A stretch of 38,148 bases of DNA from Macrostomum lignano (GCA_002269645.1 NIVC01000191.1:1-38148); one strand, 5' to 3'; shown: positions 22,397 to 34,745, numbered from the stretch's first letter. Numbers and translations: made by a program. Notes: a model not told the origin generated them from the letters alone.

Positions 22397-25300
22397 AGAG
22401 TGTGTCTGTTTTTCTGTCCGTCTGTCTGTCTGTCTGTGTCTGTCAGAGTGTCTGTCCGTCTTTCTGTCTGTCTGTCTGTCTGTCTGTCAAAGTGTCTGTC
22501 TGTCAGAGTGTCTGTCTGTCAGAGTGTCCGTCTGTCTGTCTGTCCGTCTGTCTGTCTCTCTGTGTGTCCGTCTGAATCTGAATCTACGATTCCTGTATAT
22601 CCCATACATTCCACAATTACTTTTAGAATGGACACCTGCCCTCAAGGCTGAATACCAGGCTCTTACGCAGGACGAGAAAAACGCTCTTAGGCAGAGGGCT
22701 AAAGATCGTCCGAGAGATTTTAAAAGCAGCATTCTGGTCGACTTGAAACGAGCTCAAAAATCTTTCTGCGTCGTTATTCCTCCATCCATACCAACAGATA
22801 TGCCCGAATGTTACGTATCTGATGGAGTATCTTCCCGAGTTCAAGAGGAATTAACTGCAGCGGTGAAACAGCTTTCTGATATCATCAAGAAAGGAGAGGA
22901 ATATTATCGAGAAGAAAAAATCGCCTCTCAAGCCCGAATGGAAGCTACGACAGAAGCATCAGTTCGAGCTGAAGCTACCGGACCTTCCAACGCTTTTCGT
23001 GATGTGAAGAAGCTGAGACTGTCAATCCAGGAGAAAGCAACGACTGCTTTCAAGAGAGCTGGAAACAGAGGCCCGATTCCATGGAAGCAAATGGAGAGTG
23101 ACAAGCGAAACAAAACCAGATTTGCACGCGGAAGATTTTCTCTCGATTTCAAGTCACCCCATCATTTAAACAGGGCGGAATGTGTTCAGTTGGTTGAAAA
23201 GTTGGAAAATACGGATCTGGTATTTGTCAATTACCAACATTCTGATCTTATTGAAAGTGCAGGGCATTCGAGCGCCGCTACACCTGCCACGGCCGCTGCA
23301 ACTGCTACACCTGCCACGGCCGCTGCAACTGCTACACCTGCCACGGCCGCTGCAACTGCTACACCTGCCACGGCCGCTGCAACTGCAACACCTGCCACGG
23401 CTACTGCAACACCAGCCACGAGTGCTGAAGTGAACATCCCGGCAGACAAACCTGATGAGTTTGATAACTACGAGCTTGGACCTGGAATCAGTGCTTATCG
23501 AGAATTTTTTCACATGGAAAACAGCAGTGCAACAGTGCAAGCGCAGCCGCAGGGAGCTGCTATTGTACTGACTAACGCCTGCGTCTCAAGTGTTAACAGT
23601 AATCAAACAGGTATGTCTCATTCAGCTATAGAGACGAGAGCCAATCCGACTACTATCAGTTTATTTGGCCGCTCGGCTGCTTTTCGCTATAGTTAAGCAT
23701 GCATCTATTCGAATTAAGAGCCAAAAAACTGTCTGTTTTAAACTTAACTGATGTTATACTCAGTAAAGCAATCCTCAGTCTCTTTGCAAGACTGGCCGCT
23801 TTGCAGAAAATGCTGTGGCAGAAGATCTGGTTCACTGCTGTGACTTTGCCCACTTTGCAAATCAATTCTGTATACTTTGCTGGGGTAATTATTGTCACTT
23901 TGCATACATCCAGATCCCCACTCCTGCGTTGTGATGACCTCTGCGTGGTGCAGGAGAGGCAACAACCCTGTTCACAAAAACACGGTTGGCTAACAATCAC
24001 AGTTAGTATATAGCTAGTTAATTAAATCCCAGATCTCCCCGATTTCAGATCTCAGATTTCATATATCAGATCTCAGATCCCAGATTTCAGATCTCAGATC
24101 CCAGTCTCAGATTTCAGATCCCAGATCCCGGGATTCTAAACTTTTAAATATACAAAATACAACAGTCATTACCTATATTGTGCATATATTCTTAATGTCT
24201 TGTTTTCTCATGAAAATACCTGTGTATTAGAACTCACACGACTCCAACTCCCTCTTCTCTTCTCTGTCTCCTCTTTCTTTCTACTGACTCCCTCCTCTAT
24301 CGTGTATCATCTCTCTCCCATCTCCCAATGCACCCCAGCTCTCACTTCTCTCCCATTTCTTTTCCCTATTCACCCTATAGGTCACTTCTCTCCCATTTTT
24401 CCCTATTCACCCTATCTGTCACTTCTTCCATTTCTCCCATATTTAGTATATAAAAATATAAATTTCGAAAGGATTAGAATTTTATATAATAGAATTTCTG
24501 TAATCATTTGCAGCAATGGCAAAAAGGAATAAAAAGAGGGCCCCAAAAAGGGGCCCTGTTGACTGGGCCGCCGAGTCGGAGGCTGCGGCGGAGGCAGCTC
24601 CGGCGGCGGCGGAGACAGCTCCGGAGGCAGCTCCGGAGGCAGCTCCGGAGGCAGCTCCGGAGGCAGCTCCGGCGGCGGCTCCGGCGGAGGCAGCGCCGGC
24701 AGCTCCGGCGGCGGCTCCGGCGGCTCCGGCGGCGGCTCCGGCGGCGGCTCCGGCGGCGGCTCCGGCTCCGGCGGAGGCGGAGGCAGCACCGGCGGAGGCA
24801 GCACCGGCGGAGGCGGCTGCCAGACGGCGGGCGGGCCGCCGCTGGGCCCGCGTCCGCAAACGAGAGACATTAGTACGTGCATTTGCTGCCTAAATCATTT
24901 CTATATATATCTTTGCTATCTAGATCTCAGATTCCAGATTTCAGGTTCCAGATCCCAGATCTCAGATTCCAGATTTCAGGTTCCAGATCTCAGATTCCAG
25001 ACACAGTCTCAAGTTAGAATAAGCTTTACTGAGCTTTCAGATTGATGGTCATGCACTAGGACATTACATTACACAGAATTAAATTCAGCAAGCTTATTTG
25101 TGTAAATATTAATTTATTTCCAGATGCAAACCGTCGCCCGCCTGCAGCTGCTCCAAGCCCAGCTGCTGGGCCAGCTGGCTGGGTAAGATATTTTTCAAAT
25201 ATTGAATGCTAAAATGTATACTCCTAAATATGCAGTCTAATTTCTTTCATTTACGATTTAAATCGTAACTAGATCGGCTTCGTCTCGGCCCATCAACACA

Positions 25301-26127
25301 GTCCTCAGTATTGTATGTGGTCCAGATAAATCAGTCCATGGGGTGATACCTTATACATATGCAGGCTAGCAAAAGAAGGCTATAGGGCTGCAGGGATCAG
25401 AAGTGAAGCTGCTCGCAGATCGTAGGAGATTTCAGATTTTCAGGTGTAAAATCCCTCCCCCTCTATGCTAAAGACCTCATTAATTCTCAGCACTGTCAAA
25501 CACCTTTTAGATGCCCAGCAGTTCCTTCAGTGGCTGCACTGGCTGGTCCCTCAGGTCCTTCAGTGGGTGCCCCCTCAGATCCTTCAGTGGATGCCCCTTC
25601 AGAACCCAAAATCTAAAATCTAAAATCGACACATTTCGTAGCTGTCTACTTGGAGTAGCTGGTCAGAGAAGGCATCCCCGAATCTCCAGATTTCCTGATT
25701 CTCACATCCTTATCCCTGAATGTCATATCTTCCTATCTGATTTCCTCATGTTAATCTCAGAATAGCCTCATACACAACACAACTATAGTTTATGTATAAC
25801 GTCTCTGTGCATCAAAAGCTGAGCAGTTTAGAGTTAATAAGCAATTTACTATAAATGAAATAAACAACAGTTCTCAGAGTAAAACTTACACTTGTTCTCT
25901 GGTTCTAATGTTCTCGCTATCAGAGACCTTATTCACGTCCCATCCCCGCCCCACCCGAAATATCTTGATAGAACAAATTGCGCGCCTCTCAAAAAAACTT
26001 ACATTGCGACTTTTGAACTTTACAGAAATACTGGATTCGGCTTGCGGGGCGGGCGAGGCGGGGGACGAGGACGAGGGGGACGAGGGCGAGGGGGACGAGG
26101 GCGAGGCGGCCAGCCCTTCCATCATTG
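20472..26127 (+). CDS. Multi-exon gene (ends uncertain): HMG-box-like helical domain, PW-containing domain, ATPATAAAT repeats, Ala/Pro/Glu repeats, RGG box
   Basis: Phase-compatible exons 20472-20560, 22627-23610, 24514-24872, 25124-25182 and 26026-26127, all GT-AG. The junction gives [44 protein letters not shown]; the last exon reads [29 protein letters not shown] 27-nt microexon at 18813-18839 is also phase-compatible. Confidence 0.6.
20610..22565. repeat. (CTGT)n-derived cryptic microsatellite filling an intron, with internal segmental duplication
   Basis: CTGT/CAGA runs; the block TATATATCTTCGTTATCTAGATCTCAGATC..TTCAGGTCTG occurs at about 21146-21205 and again at about 21714-21772. Confidence 0.95.
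21823..22030. mobile_element. 208-bp MITE with 15-bp TIRs and an 8-bp target-site duplication
   Basis: CTGGGTTTTTTTTGT...ACGAAAAAAACCCAG (one mismatch); TTTGTATG at 21815-21822 and 22031-22038; two internal ~60-bp direct repeats. Confidence 0.9.
23277..23420 (+). repeat. 27-bp coding tandem repeat (ATPATAAAT), about 5 copies
   Basis: GCTACACCTGCCACGGCCGCTGCAACT repeated in frame within exon 22627-23610. Confidence 0.9.
24028..24130. repeat. 7-bp AGAT(C/T)(C/T)C tandem family, dispersed through introns (also about 21164-21202, 21731-21768, 24918-25002, 25427-25443)
   Basis: CAGATCTCAGATTTCAGATCCCAG-type runs. Confidence 0.85.
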
Positions 26128-26282
26128 GTAAGTTGCCATAGGACACCATTTGTTTTTCAACACACAAAATTTAATTTTTTTGGACACATACATGTACAGT
26201 CCAGACACCTGTACAGACACACAGAGAGACAGAAAAACACGGAGAAGGACAGATAAACGGGCAGACAGACAGATTCGGCGAT

Positions 26283-26349
26283 CCTGGCGCCAATTTGGGG
26301 ATCCTGGCGCCAAATTTAGCTTCCGGCGCCAATTCGAGCTTTCCCGCGC
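26283..26349 (+). repeat. Isolated fragment (about 3.3 monomers) of the 1-1692 satellite
   Basis: CCTGGCGCCAATTTGGGGATCCTGGCGCCAAATTTAGCTTCCGGCGCCAATTCGAGCTTTCCCGCGC matches the array consensus, same orientation. Confidence 0.95.
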
Positions 26350-27702
26350 TTTTAAAGCTTTTAAAGTTAGTCTGCTTTTCGTCAGCAAGACAGCCACCCT
26401 TCCCCCAGACAAGGATCAGGTGATAGGGATAACTGTGAGGGAAAGTTGAAATAATTTTTTATAGCCTTCTCTGGTAACGTTAAACCATGACAGTACAGTA
26501 AGGAATTCAACTACTGTCCTACTACGAGCTATCTGATTGCGACTTGAGAGTATTCTGTCCCCCCACAATGACAAACTGACCTTCCAAGCACTTGAACTGA
26601 TGAGTCAGCAGATTTGTCTGTCTTGTGTGTCTGACCATACGCTCGTATATATTCTATATGTACTAATATACATTATAAATTCTAATTCTAAATTCTAGTA
26701 TATTATATATAGTCGAATAGTTTTCCCATAAAAGTTTGAACGCTGACTTGCAAGCAGCCTACTAGGAGTTATCGTACATTGAGAGAGGGCCACCGTTCTA
26801 CACCCACCCCAAAACTGAGCACGCGGGCCAATGAGAATTCTCCCACGGTGAGTTAGGCAAGCCAACCCCTCCCTTTGATTAATGAGCCTCTCGCTTTTTG
26901 ATTCAACGACGGCCACCACCCACGGTGTAAGTTAATTTGTGGCTTTATTCACCAGTATCAAGGAGCTTATATAAAGAGCTGGAAAGAAAATTCTATCCTT
27001 GTCTCATTTTAAGCATAGGCCTGCATAGAGTATAAATATTTGAGCGCAAGCTTAACGGCTATACTTGGTTATTTTTAATTTGTCTTTAAATACAGGTAAG
27101 TTCAAGGAATCGAATAATTTTAAAGCGAAAATGCCACTGTTTGAATAATTCTTAGTAAAATTCAGTTTTGCTGCAAGCGCACGATATCAAGTTTTTTCAA
27201 TGGAATATATTAGATTAATCTTTTAACGAGCGTCATAAGACTTGGCGCCACGTTTTTTTGATTGTGATTTTCGCTTGCACAAATTGTGGATGGCATTTTG
27301 AACTTTAAAATTGTTCGACTTCCTAGAGTCTTACTCTGATAATACGCTTCATAATAACCAATATTTGCTTAGTTATAAGCATATATAGTGAGTTTTAAGC
27401 TATGCGCATTTAGTTATAACAGACTTAGACATTTATTATAGGTGGATATTTACAGTTCATAATAAGCTATATATATATATTTAGTAATAAGCTATATATA
27501 GTTATTTCTGTCATATCTGTTATCTATCCTAGTGTCTATCTTAGTGTCTGTCCCAATGTCTTTCTTAGTGTCTGTCTTACTCCACTTCTCTCCCGTTGTC
27601 TCTCCTCTGCTCTCTCTCCCGTCTTCTTTCCTCTCTTAGTACTCTCATGGCTGTTCTCATGCTTTGATCATGTCTTCTTTCTTGCCAATTTGCAGTCCTG
27701 AA

Positions 27703-28411
27703 AGGAATTTGTGTATTTTCATCTCCACTGCAGTCTGCAGCAGTTTAACAACAAAGGAAATACGCATTTCTTAGGAGGAAATTTAAAATTCAAAGTACTT
27801 TTAAGAGAAACCTAAAATTTCCATGGTGTGACTAATTTAGTAGGGTTGTATTGCATTGCATCGCCTTTTCATAAATCTTTCGCTTTTACAAACCATGCTG
27901 AATTCCCTCGATTTGCCATCCACTGTTAAACTGCTGCAGAGTTTGCCAATACAGAGGACAGTGGTTAGAATTTCTCACTAAACTGTCATGGCTAAACGTA
28001 GCCTTTCCACGCGCGGGGTACACAGAAGGCTATTAAAAAGTTATTCTAAAACACGGTACATTTGCTATGTACATTCAGCCCTATCGCCTGACCCTTCGTC
28101 TGGGCTGGGGGAATGAGTGAGTGAGTGGCAAAAACAACAGAAAAAGCAGACAAACTTCACATGCTTACAGTTTCTTTTTCGGTTGAGTTACAGAGTTGAA
28201 ACTTCCTATTTCAACTTGAAATTAAAACTTAAATATTGAAACTAATCAATCAGCAGCCCTAAGAGGAATTTGTGTATCTCCAGCTCCATCACAGTCTGCG
28301 GCAGTGTAACAACCAAGGAAACATGCATTTTTAGGAGGCCATTTAGATTTAAAAAATTACCTTATGCGAATCTTAATGTTAAAATCTTCATGGCGTAACT
28401 AATTTAGTAGG
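27703..28411. repeat. Diverged ~145-bp direct repeat pair (27703-27844 and 28264-28411)
   Basis: Both start AGGAATTTGTGTAT, share CAGTCTGC..CAACMAAGGAAA..TTAGGAGG and end CTAATTTAGTAGG. Confidence 0.8.
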
Positions 28412-28717
28412 ATTACATAGCCATCCACTTTTCTCTTTCCCACCGTTTCTAGTGCTCCCAAAGCACACAAATTTTTCCTATACACAAGCAATATACTGAA
28501 CACAGACCTTTAAATCCAGGAGGTTCACCCTGAGTATCTGAGTGACCTGCGAGACAACTAGGAAGAGTAGGCTACTAAAATTAGTATGAGGAGGACATGT
28601 GCACTATGGTTTCTAGACATACACTAGCATCATGTTTTAAGTGACGCAATTCATCATTATGGTTTCAAGATGGTGCGAAAAATGGTTTTTTTCACTCAAC
28701 TCTGGTTTCTTTTCCAG

Positions 28718-28888
28718 ATGGATCAGGATCAGGATCAAGTGCCACCGCCGCCGGCGCCACCACCGCCGGCGCCACCGCCACCACCACCGGCGCCACCGCC
28801 ACCACCACCGGCGCCACCGCCACCACCGCCGCCGCTGGCTCAGCGCCGCCGCATTCGGCGCCTCCGCAGCAGCGGCCTGCGGCTTTAA
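28718..28888 (+). CDS. Possible short proline-rich exon or ORF (MDQDQDQV-polyP/A-LAQRRRIRRLR)
   Basis: TTTCCAG acceptor directly followed by ATG; GC-rich island in AT-rich DNA; could be only a CCA/CCG repeat. Confidence 0.3.
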   Translation: MDQDQDQVPPPPAPPPPAPPPPPPAPPPPPPAPPPPPPPLAQRRRIRRLRSSGLRL

Positions 28889-28928
28889 AAACTTTGCGTA
28901 AAATTGTAAAATTGTGTAAAATTGCGCT

Positions 28929-29342
28929 GGGTGGGCTGGGCTATCTGATTGTGGGGAGAGTTTTCGGAATTTTTTAACATTTTAACAGACTGACAGGCAG
29001 GCGAACCGATACAGACATACATACAGACACAGACAGACAGACAGACAGGCCGAGAGACAGGCAGACATACAGAAGGACAGACAGACATACAGAAGGAGAG
29101 ACAGGCAGACAGACCGATACAGACAGACATACAGAAGGACAGACAGACTGACAGGCAGGCGAACCGATACAGACATACATACAGACACACAGAAGGACAG
29201 ACAGACAGACAATTCCGAGAACTTTCCCTACAATCAGATATGAACCCTCGGGGCGAAATGGTTTGAAGTGCTTGTTCTTTGTTGTTTTGTTTAGTTTTGC
29301 ATTAAGTAAAATGGTTCGCCCGAGGGTTCTTACCCAGCCCCC
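28929..29342. mobile_element. Foldback/MITE-like element with ~40-bp inverted ends enclosing a (GACA)n tract
   Basis: 28942-28971 is the reverse complement of 29211-29240 (30 bp, 3 transitions); the match continues (CCCAGCCC) beyond a nested 90-bp insertion. No TSD found. Confidence 0.7.
29241..29330. mobile_element. 90-bp MITE with TA target-site duplication (Tc1/mariner-like), nested in the right inverted repeat of the element above
   Basis: GAACCCTCGGGGCGAA...TTCGCCCGAGGGTTC; TA at 29239-29240 and 29331-29332. Confidence 0.75.
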
Positions 29343-30584
29343 TTTTTGGATTAAAAATCTTTGCCTTCAATTTCTTCCTTATTTATTGATCATACCATAG
29401 TATAAGCTTGGCAAGTTGTAATCAGTAAAAAAGCATTGCACACTGTTACGATTTACATTAAAAAAATATTACTTAGGACTGCTGTTCAATGCAACCAATT
29501 AAGTTCAATTCCAGCCCCCAGCAGCCTTGGTTTGGCCACTCGGCTACGTTCTGATACTTGGCGGCACTGCATCCTACCATCCTACGAGTTATTGCATCCT
29601 ACTACAACAGATAAGTACATTCCATCCACAATTGACTCGTTCGTCTTAAGCAAATACCCTCCAGAATCCACCCTGGGTCTTTACCCTCCAGAATCTTCAG
29701 CAATATGTAACGAAGACAAAACTAACCAGTTAAAAACATTTTGCACTCTCACTCAGATTCTGCCCGATCGCTACGAGGGCTTCGAGCGCGCTCTGCCGTT
29801 GCCGGAGCTCTGGGCTGCCGGCTTTTTAATCTAGCCGGACCTGGGGCCCAGGATATTCAACGCCTATGGCCTGGCCGCTGCGATGCCATAGGGGCACCAC
29901 AAATCTGCACCTGGATACCTGGATACTTTTGTCACCATAGCAAAACGAGTTGAAAGTGAGAAGCATATGAATGCTTATTTAAAACCAGTTTAATTATTGG
30001 TTTAGTAACTTTAGTTCAGTGAAAACAGAATTAACTGACTAACATTGACAATTTTAATATCTTCGCTATAGCAACCATAAAGCTCTCTAGTCATGCTACG
30101 CTATAAATTTACACTGAATGTTGACTGTTTACATACGTTACCAATTAATGAGCAATTAACTGATATCCACAGTCACTTATTACTCTGTATCCATGACAAT
30201 ACCTGTAAACTATTTTTTACTACTTAAATCCATCACAATAGTAATCAATATTTTATTGCCTAATAACTGAGATATCTTTTAATTCCATAATGTCAAATCC
30301 TATTTTACAATTCAATACATATCAGTTTTCAAATATCAATTCTCTACTTTTATTCGATTTATTTTATACTGTACTTCGATTTATTTATATTGATGCACTG
30401 CTTTATTACTCGCACACCATTATATACAAACTGTAACCAATACTGTAAAAATATTTGAAATATAATAATACATAGTGGCGTAAGAGCCGGCCAAGCTGAA
30501 GCGCCGGGCATCCTATATATCCTAAAAATGAGTTGCCTGTCGGTATTCTTTTCTAAGGCCAAAATACCAGTGCTTACTTTTAGT

Positions 30585-31263
30585 GCTAAAATGAGTGCCT
30601 GCGGTGCTAAAATGAGTGCCTGTGGCGCTAAAATGAGTGCCTGCAGCGCTAAAATGAGTGCCTGCAGCGCTAAAATGAGTGCCTGCGGTGCTAAAATGAG
30701 TGCCTGCGGCGCTAAAATGAGTGCCTGCGGTGCTAAAATGAGTGCCTGTGGCGCTAAAATGAGTGCCTGCAGCGCTAAAATGAGTGCCTGCGGCGCTAAA
30801 ATGAGTGCCTGCAGCGCTAAAATGAGTGCCTGCAGCGCTAAAATGAGTGCCTGCGGTGCTAAAATGAGTGCCTGTGGCGCTAAAATGAGTGCCTGTGGCG
30901 CTAAAATGAGTGCCTGCGGTGCTAAAATGAGTGCCTGTGGCGCTAAAATGAGTGCCTGTGGCGCTAAAATGAGTGCCTGCGGTGCTAAAATGAGTGCCTG
31001 TGGCGCTAAAATGAGTGTCTGCGGCGCTAAAATGAGTGCCTGCGGTGCTAAAATGAGTGCCTGTGGCGCTAAAATGAGTGCCTGCAGCGCTAAAATGAGT
31101 GCCTGCAGCGCTAAAATGAGTGCCTGCGGTGCTAAAATGAGTGACTGCGGCGCTAAAATGAGTGCCTGTGGTGCTAAAATGAGTGCCTGCGGCGCTAAAA
31201 TGAGTGCCTGCGGCGCTAAAATGAGTGCCTGTGGTGCTAAAATGAGTGCCTGCGGCGCTAAAA
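30585..31263. repeat. 21-bp minisatellite GCTAAAATGAGTGCCTG(C/T)(G/A)G(C/T), 32 full units
   Basis: First GCTAAAA at 30585, last at 31257 (672 bp = 32 x 21). Confidence 0.97.
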
Positions 31264-31968
31264 CTGATTTTGTTGCATTCGGGAATACAACAAATGGCAT
31301 ACTGAAAACATTAAAAAACCTTGCTGCAGTCACTTACATGTACTTACCTAACGATTGCTGTAGTAACTGTATACCACCTGACTGGGACAGAACTTCAGAA
31401 CATACCAGATTGGGGAATTAGAGATATGCGCAGTCTAGATGTATCTACAATTTGTAAAACCTTGCTACGAACATGTACTTCAGGAATACTAACGTACTCA
31501 TTCCTTGCCGCCGTTATTTAGACTAGCATGCCTTTGCAATAAACAACACAGTCTAGACGGACTGCAGAAAGTGCATAAATACTTAAATTGGTTTTCCGTT
31601 AAACTTGCTTTCGAGTTTATCGAGTTTATTCGAGTTCAAAATGGTTTTCGAGGTTGTGAAATTTCGAGTTTATGAAAATAACTGGTTTCGATGTGAAATT
31701 TCGAGCTTGTGAAAGCAACCCACGATACATTGATCTGTGAATACAATCAATACATTAAATAAAAGCAGTCAGATTCAGAGATCCTGTAATTGTTTTAGAG
31801 GCTGATTTCCGTGAAAATACACTGGAGAATATATCATTAACAAAATATATTACCCAAAGCATTTCATTCTGAAGGATGAAGACTACCATTATTTTAATAT
31901 AGCGTGCACAACATGTTACTCTACTTTATTTTATATGCTAATAGTTGCGCGTTAATAAGTTTCATCAT

Positions 31969-34264
31969 CCTAGTTTTCATTTTTAATACACTTATGAATT
32001 TTTTTACTGTTGTGTCCCCTCTTCACACTTTATATGCTACATTATATGTATACTTGTTTCAAGACAAAGCAAAACAAAATATTTCGGCTACTGATACTAA
32101 TGTCACTAGTGAGTATTTATAACCTTTGGCTTGTAAAAATCTAAAAAAGAATTATATCTAAATTATATTCAGATTAAATCTAAATTATATAATCTATATT
32201 AGGCAAAAACTTTTTAAACCCAACAGGCAACATACATGTATATAATACAACAGACTGACATGCTTTGCATCCTAAATTAAAAGAATGGTAGTATTCATTA
32301 ACCGAGATCAAATGCTATCGCTTGATTTTGTGATGCAAAAATGACGCTTTTCCTGTCTCCGCATCCGCACTGTTATTTTTGATGGATATTAGCCTCCAAA
32401 AATTATAAAATTGCACGGCGAATGCCGCGAATGTACTGCCTGAGGTCTTGAGAAAGTGTCTGAATAATTTTACTTTACTCTAGAACTGTATTAAATGCAT
32501 GACAATTCATAATAACAATTAGGCTGCATTCTCATATGAACTTTAAAAATCATAAATTTACGATACATTAAATAAAAAGTAACTGAGTTCTTGTTGTCAA
32601 CAGCTACGGAAAACATTAACAAAACTGAACTTACCTTTCGATTTTTTTACTCGTCCATGATAAAATCAGGGGAGTTTTTAAGTTTTATTGCAATACATAT
32701 AACATTTAAGACTTTTTTACCAGAAAAAATGTATCTAAGGTGGCACAACAGTTGAACTTTCAAATATGGATTCTTTTTTTAATAATTACGATACGTCGAA
32801 ACGGTACCGGTATAATTGATCTTCGACTTCAATGACAATAAATATGACAGGAACTAAATGTGCTTCACCCGAAGTGTTACAAAAGATTACTAAGTGTTCA
32901 ATATTAGCACTGCTAGACTCAAACCGTGCCAAAACAAAAACAAACCAAAAAAACACAGACCATGAGTGATGAGTGCATGACTTCATGAGAGTTACTTAAC
33001 TTTAGGCCTGCAACTGCCACATTAATGGACTGCCACATCGCTAACTTGCAGGCGGTTGAGCTTGCTGCTGATATTGGCAGCAGTGTGAGCTGTGAGCGCG
33101 TGCATGCAAGGAGCCTACCTAGTTTTCATTTTTAATACACTTATGAATTTTTTTACTGTTGTGTCCCTTCTTCACACTTTATATGCTACATTATATATAT
33201 ACTTGTTTCAAGACAAAGCAAAACAAAATATTTCGGCTACTGATACTAATGTCACTAGTGAGTATTTATAACCTTTGGCTTGTAAAAATTTAAAAAAGAA
33301 TTATATCTAAATTATATTCAGATTAAATCTAAATATAATCTATATTAGGCAAAAACTTTTTAAACCCAACAGGCAACATACATGTATATAATACAACAGA
33401 CTGACATGCTTTGCATCCTAAATTAAAAGAATGGTAGTATTCATTAACCGAGATCAAATGCTATCGCTTGATTTTGTGATGCAAAAATGACGCTTTTCCT
33501 GTCTCCGCATCCGCACTGTTATTTTTGATGGATATTAGCCTCCAAAAATTATAAAATTGCACGGCGAATGCCGCGAATGTACTGCCTGAGGTCTTGAGAA
33601 AGTGTCTGAATAATTTTACTTTACTCTAGAACTGTATTAAATGCATGACAATTCATAATAACAATTAGGCTGCATTCTCATATGAACTTTAAAAATCATA
33701 AATTTACGATACATTAAATAAAAAGTAACTGAGTTCTTGTTGTCAACAGCTACGGAAAACATTAACAAAACTGAACTTACCTTTCGATTTTTTTACTCGT
33801 CCATGATAAAAGCAGGGAGTTTTTAAGTTTTATTGCAATACATAAAACATTTAAGACTTTTTTACCAGAAAAAATGTATCTAAGGTGGCACAACAGTTGA
33901 ACTTTCAAATATGGATTCTTTTTTTAATAATTACGATACGTCGAAACGGTACCGGTATAATTGATCTTCGACTTCAATGACAATAAATATGACAGGAACT
34001 AAATGTGCTTCACCCGAAGTGTTACAAAAGATTACTAAGTGTTCAATATTAGCACTGCTAGACTCAAACCGTGCCAAAACAAAAACAAACCAAAAAACAC
34101 AGACCATGAGTGATGAGTGCATGACTTCATGAGAGTTACTTAACTTTAGGCCTGCAACTGCCACATTAATGGACTGCCACATCGCTAACTTGCAGGCGGT
34201 TGAGCTTGCTGCTGATATTGGCAGCAGTGTGAGCTGTGAGCGCGTGCATGCAAGGAGCCTACCT
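31969..34264. repeat. Recent ~1.15-kb tandem duplication (31969-33120 and 33118-34264)
   Basis: Near-identical copies with a few SNPs and indels; CCT microhomology at the junction, 33118-33120. Confidence 0.96.
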
Positions 34265-34671
34265 GTGCTGTGCATCTTAGTATTAGGGCTATTGGCTAAC
34301 CCGATAATATATCAATTTGGCTTATGAGTGGCTCTCCAATGCATTATCACCAGCTTAATCACTTAAATTCTACAAACCCAAAATGAGCTACTGATTTAAA
34401 GTACTATGATTACAGACGAAGTATGAATGCTAATACTAAATTTTAAAAAATCATTTCCACCGTTTTTATTTATGTTCGAATAAATAATACTTTTTACTCT
34501 TTCAATACTACTTTTCTAATCCGCGTATTTTCATCGCTTAAACTTAATAATCCTCTAATTTTAATAGTAATAATCCTTACCATAATTTAATGTTGTTCAC
34601 TTAAATTCTAATTTTTGGTCTTCTGCCTGTTCTGCTTTTTTTACACCCACAATACTTACATCAAGAAAATA

Positions 34672-34745
34672 TTTTGTCTAGCAAGATTCGAACCTCAAAC
34701 CTTCCAATTTCAAGTCAGGCGCACTGGCCACTCGACCAATTTTTA
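34672..34745 (-). other. tRNA-like sequence (tRNA pseudogene or tRNA-derived SINE head)
   Basis: Minus strand has A-box TGGTCGAGTGG (34728-34738) and B-box GGTTCGAATC (34685-34694) at tRNA spacing; anticodon-like loop CTTGAAA with a poorly paired stem; no convincing acceptor stem. Confidence 0.6.

Noticed and set aside
20555-22651. Long SVCLSVC / TDRQ ORFs
   Set aside because: Translations of (CTGT)n microsatellite, which lacks stops; only the part of ORF 22032-23696 from 22627 onward looks coding.
25908-26141. Acidic frame ([10 protein letters not shown]) for the 26026-26127 exon
   Set aside because: The preceding exon ends in phase 2, which selects the RGG frame; the acidic frame needs phase 1.
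29720-29900. BIR-like words LKTF..ELWAAGF
   Set aside because: Wrong spacing, in-frame stop, and no CxxC..H..C zinc ligands.
30359-31421. 297-aa and 324-aa ORFs over the 21-bp array
   Set aside because: A period divisible by three explains the open frames; flanks are not protein-like.
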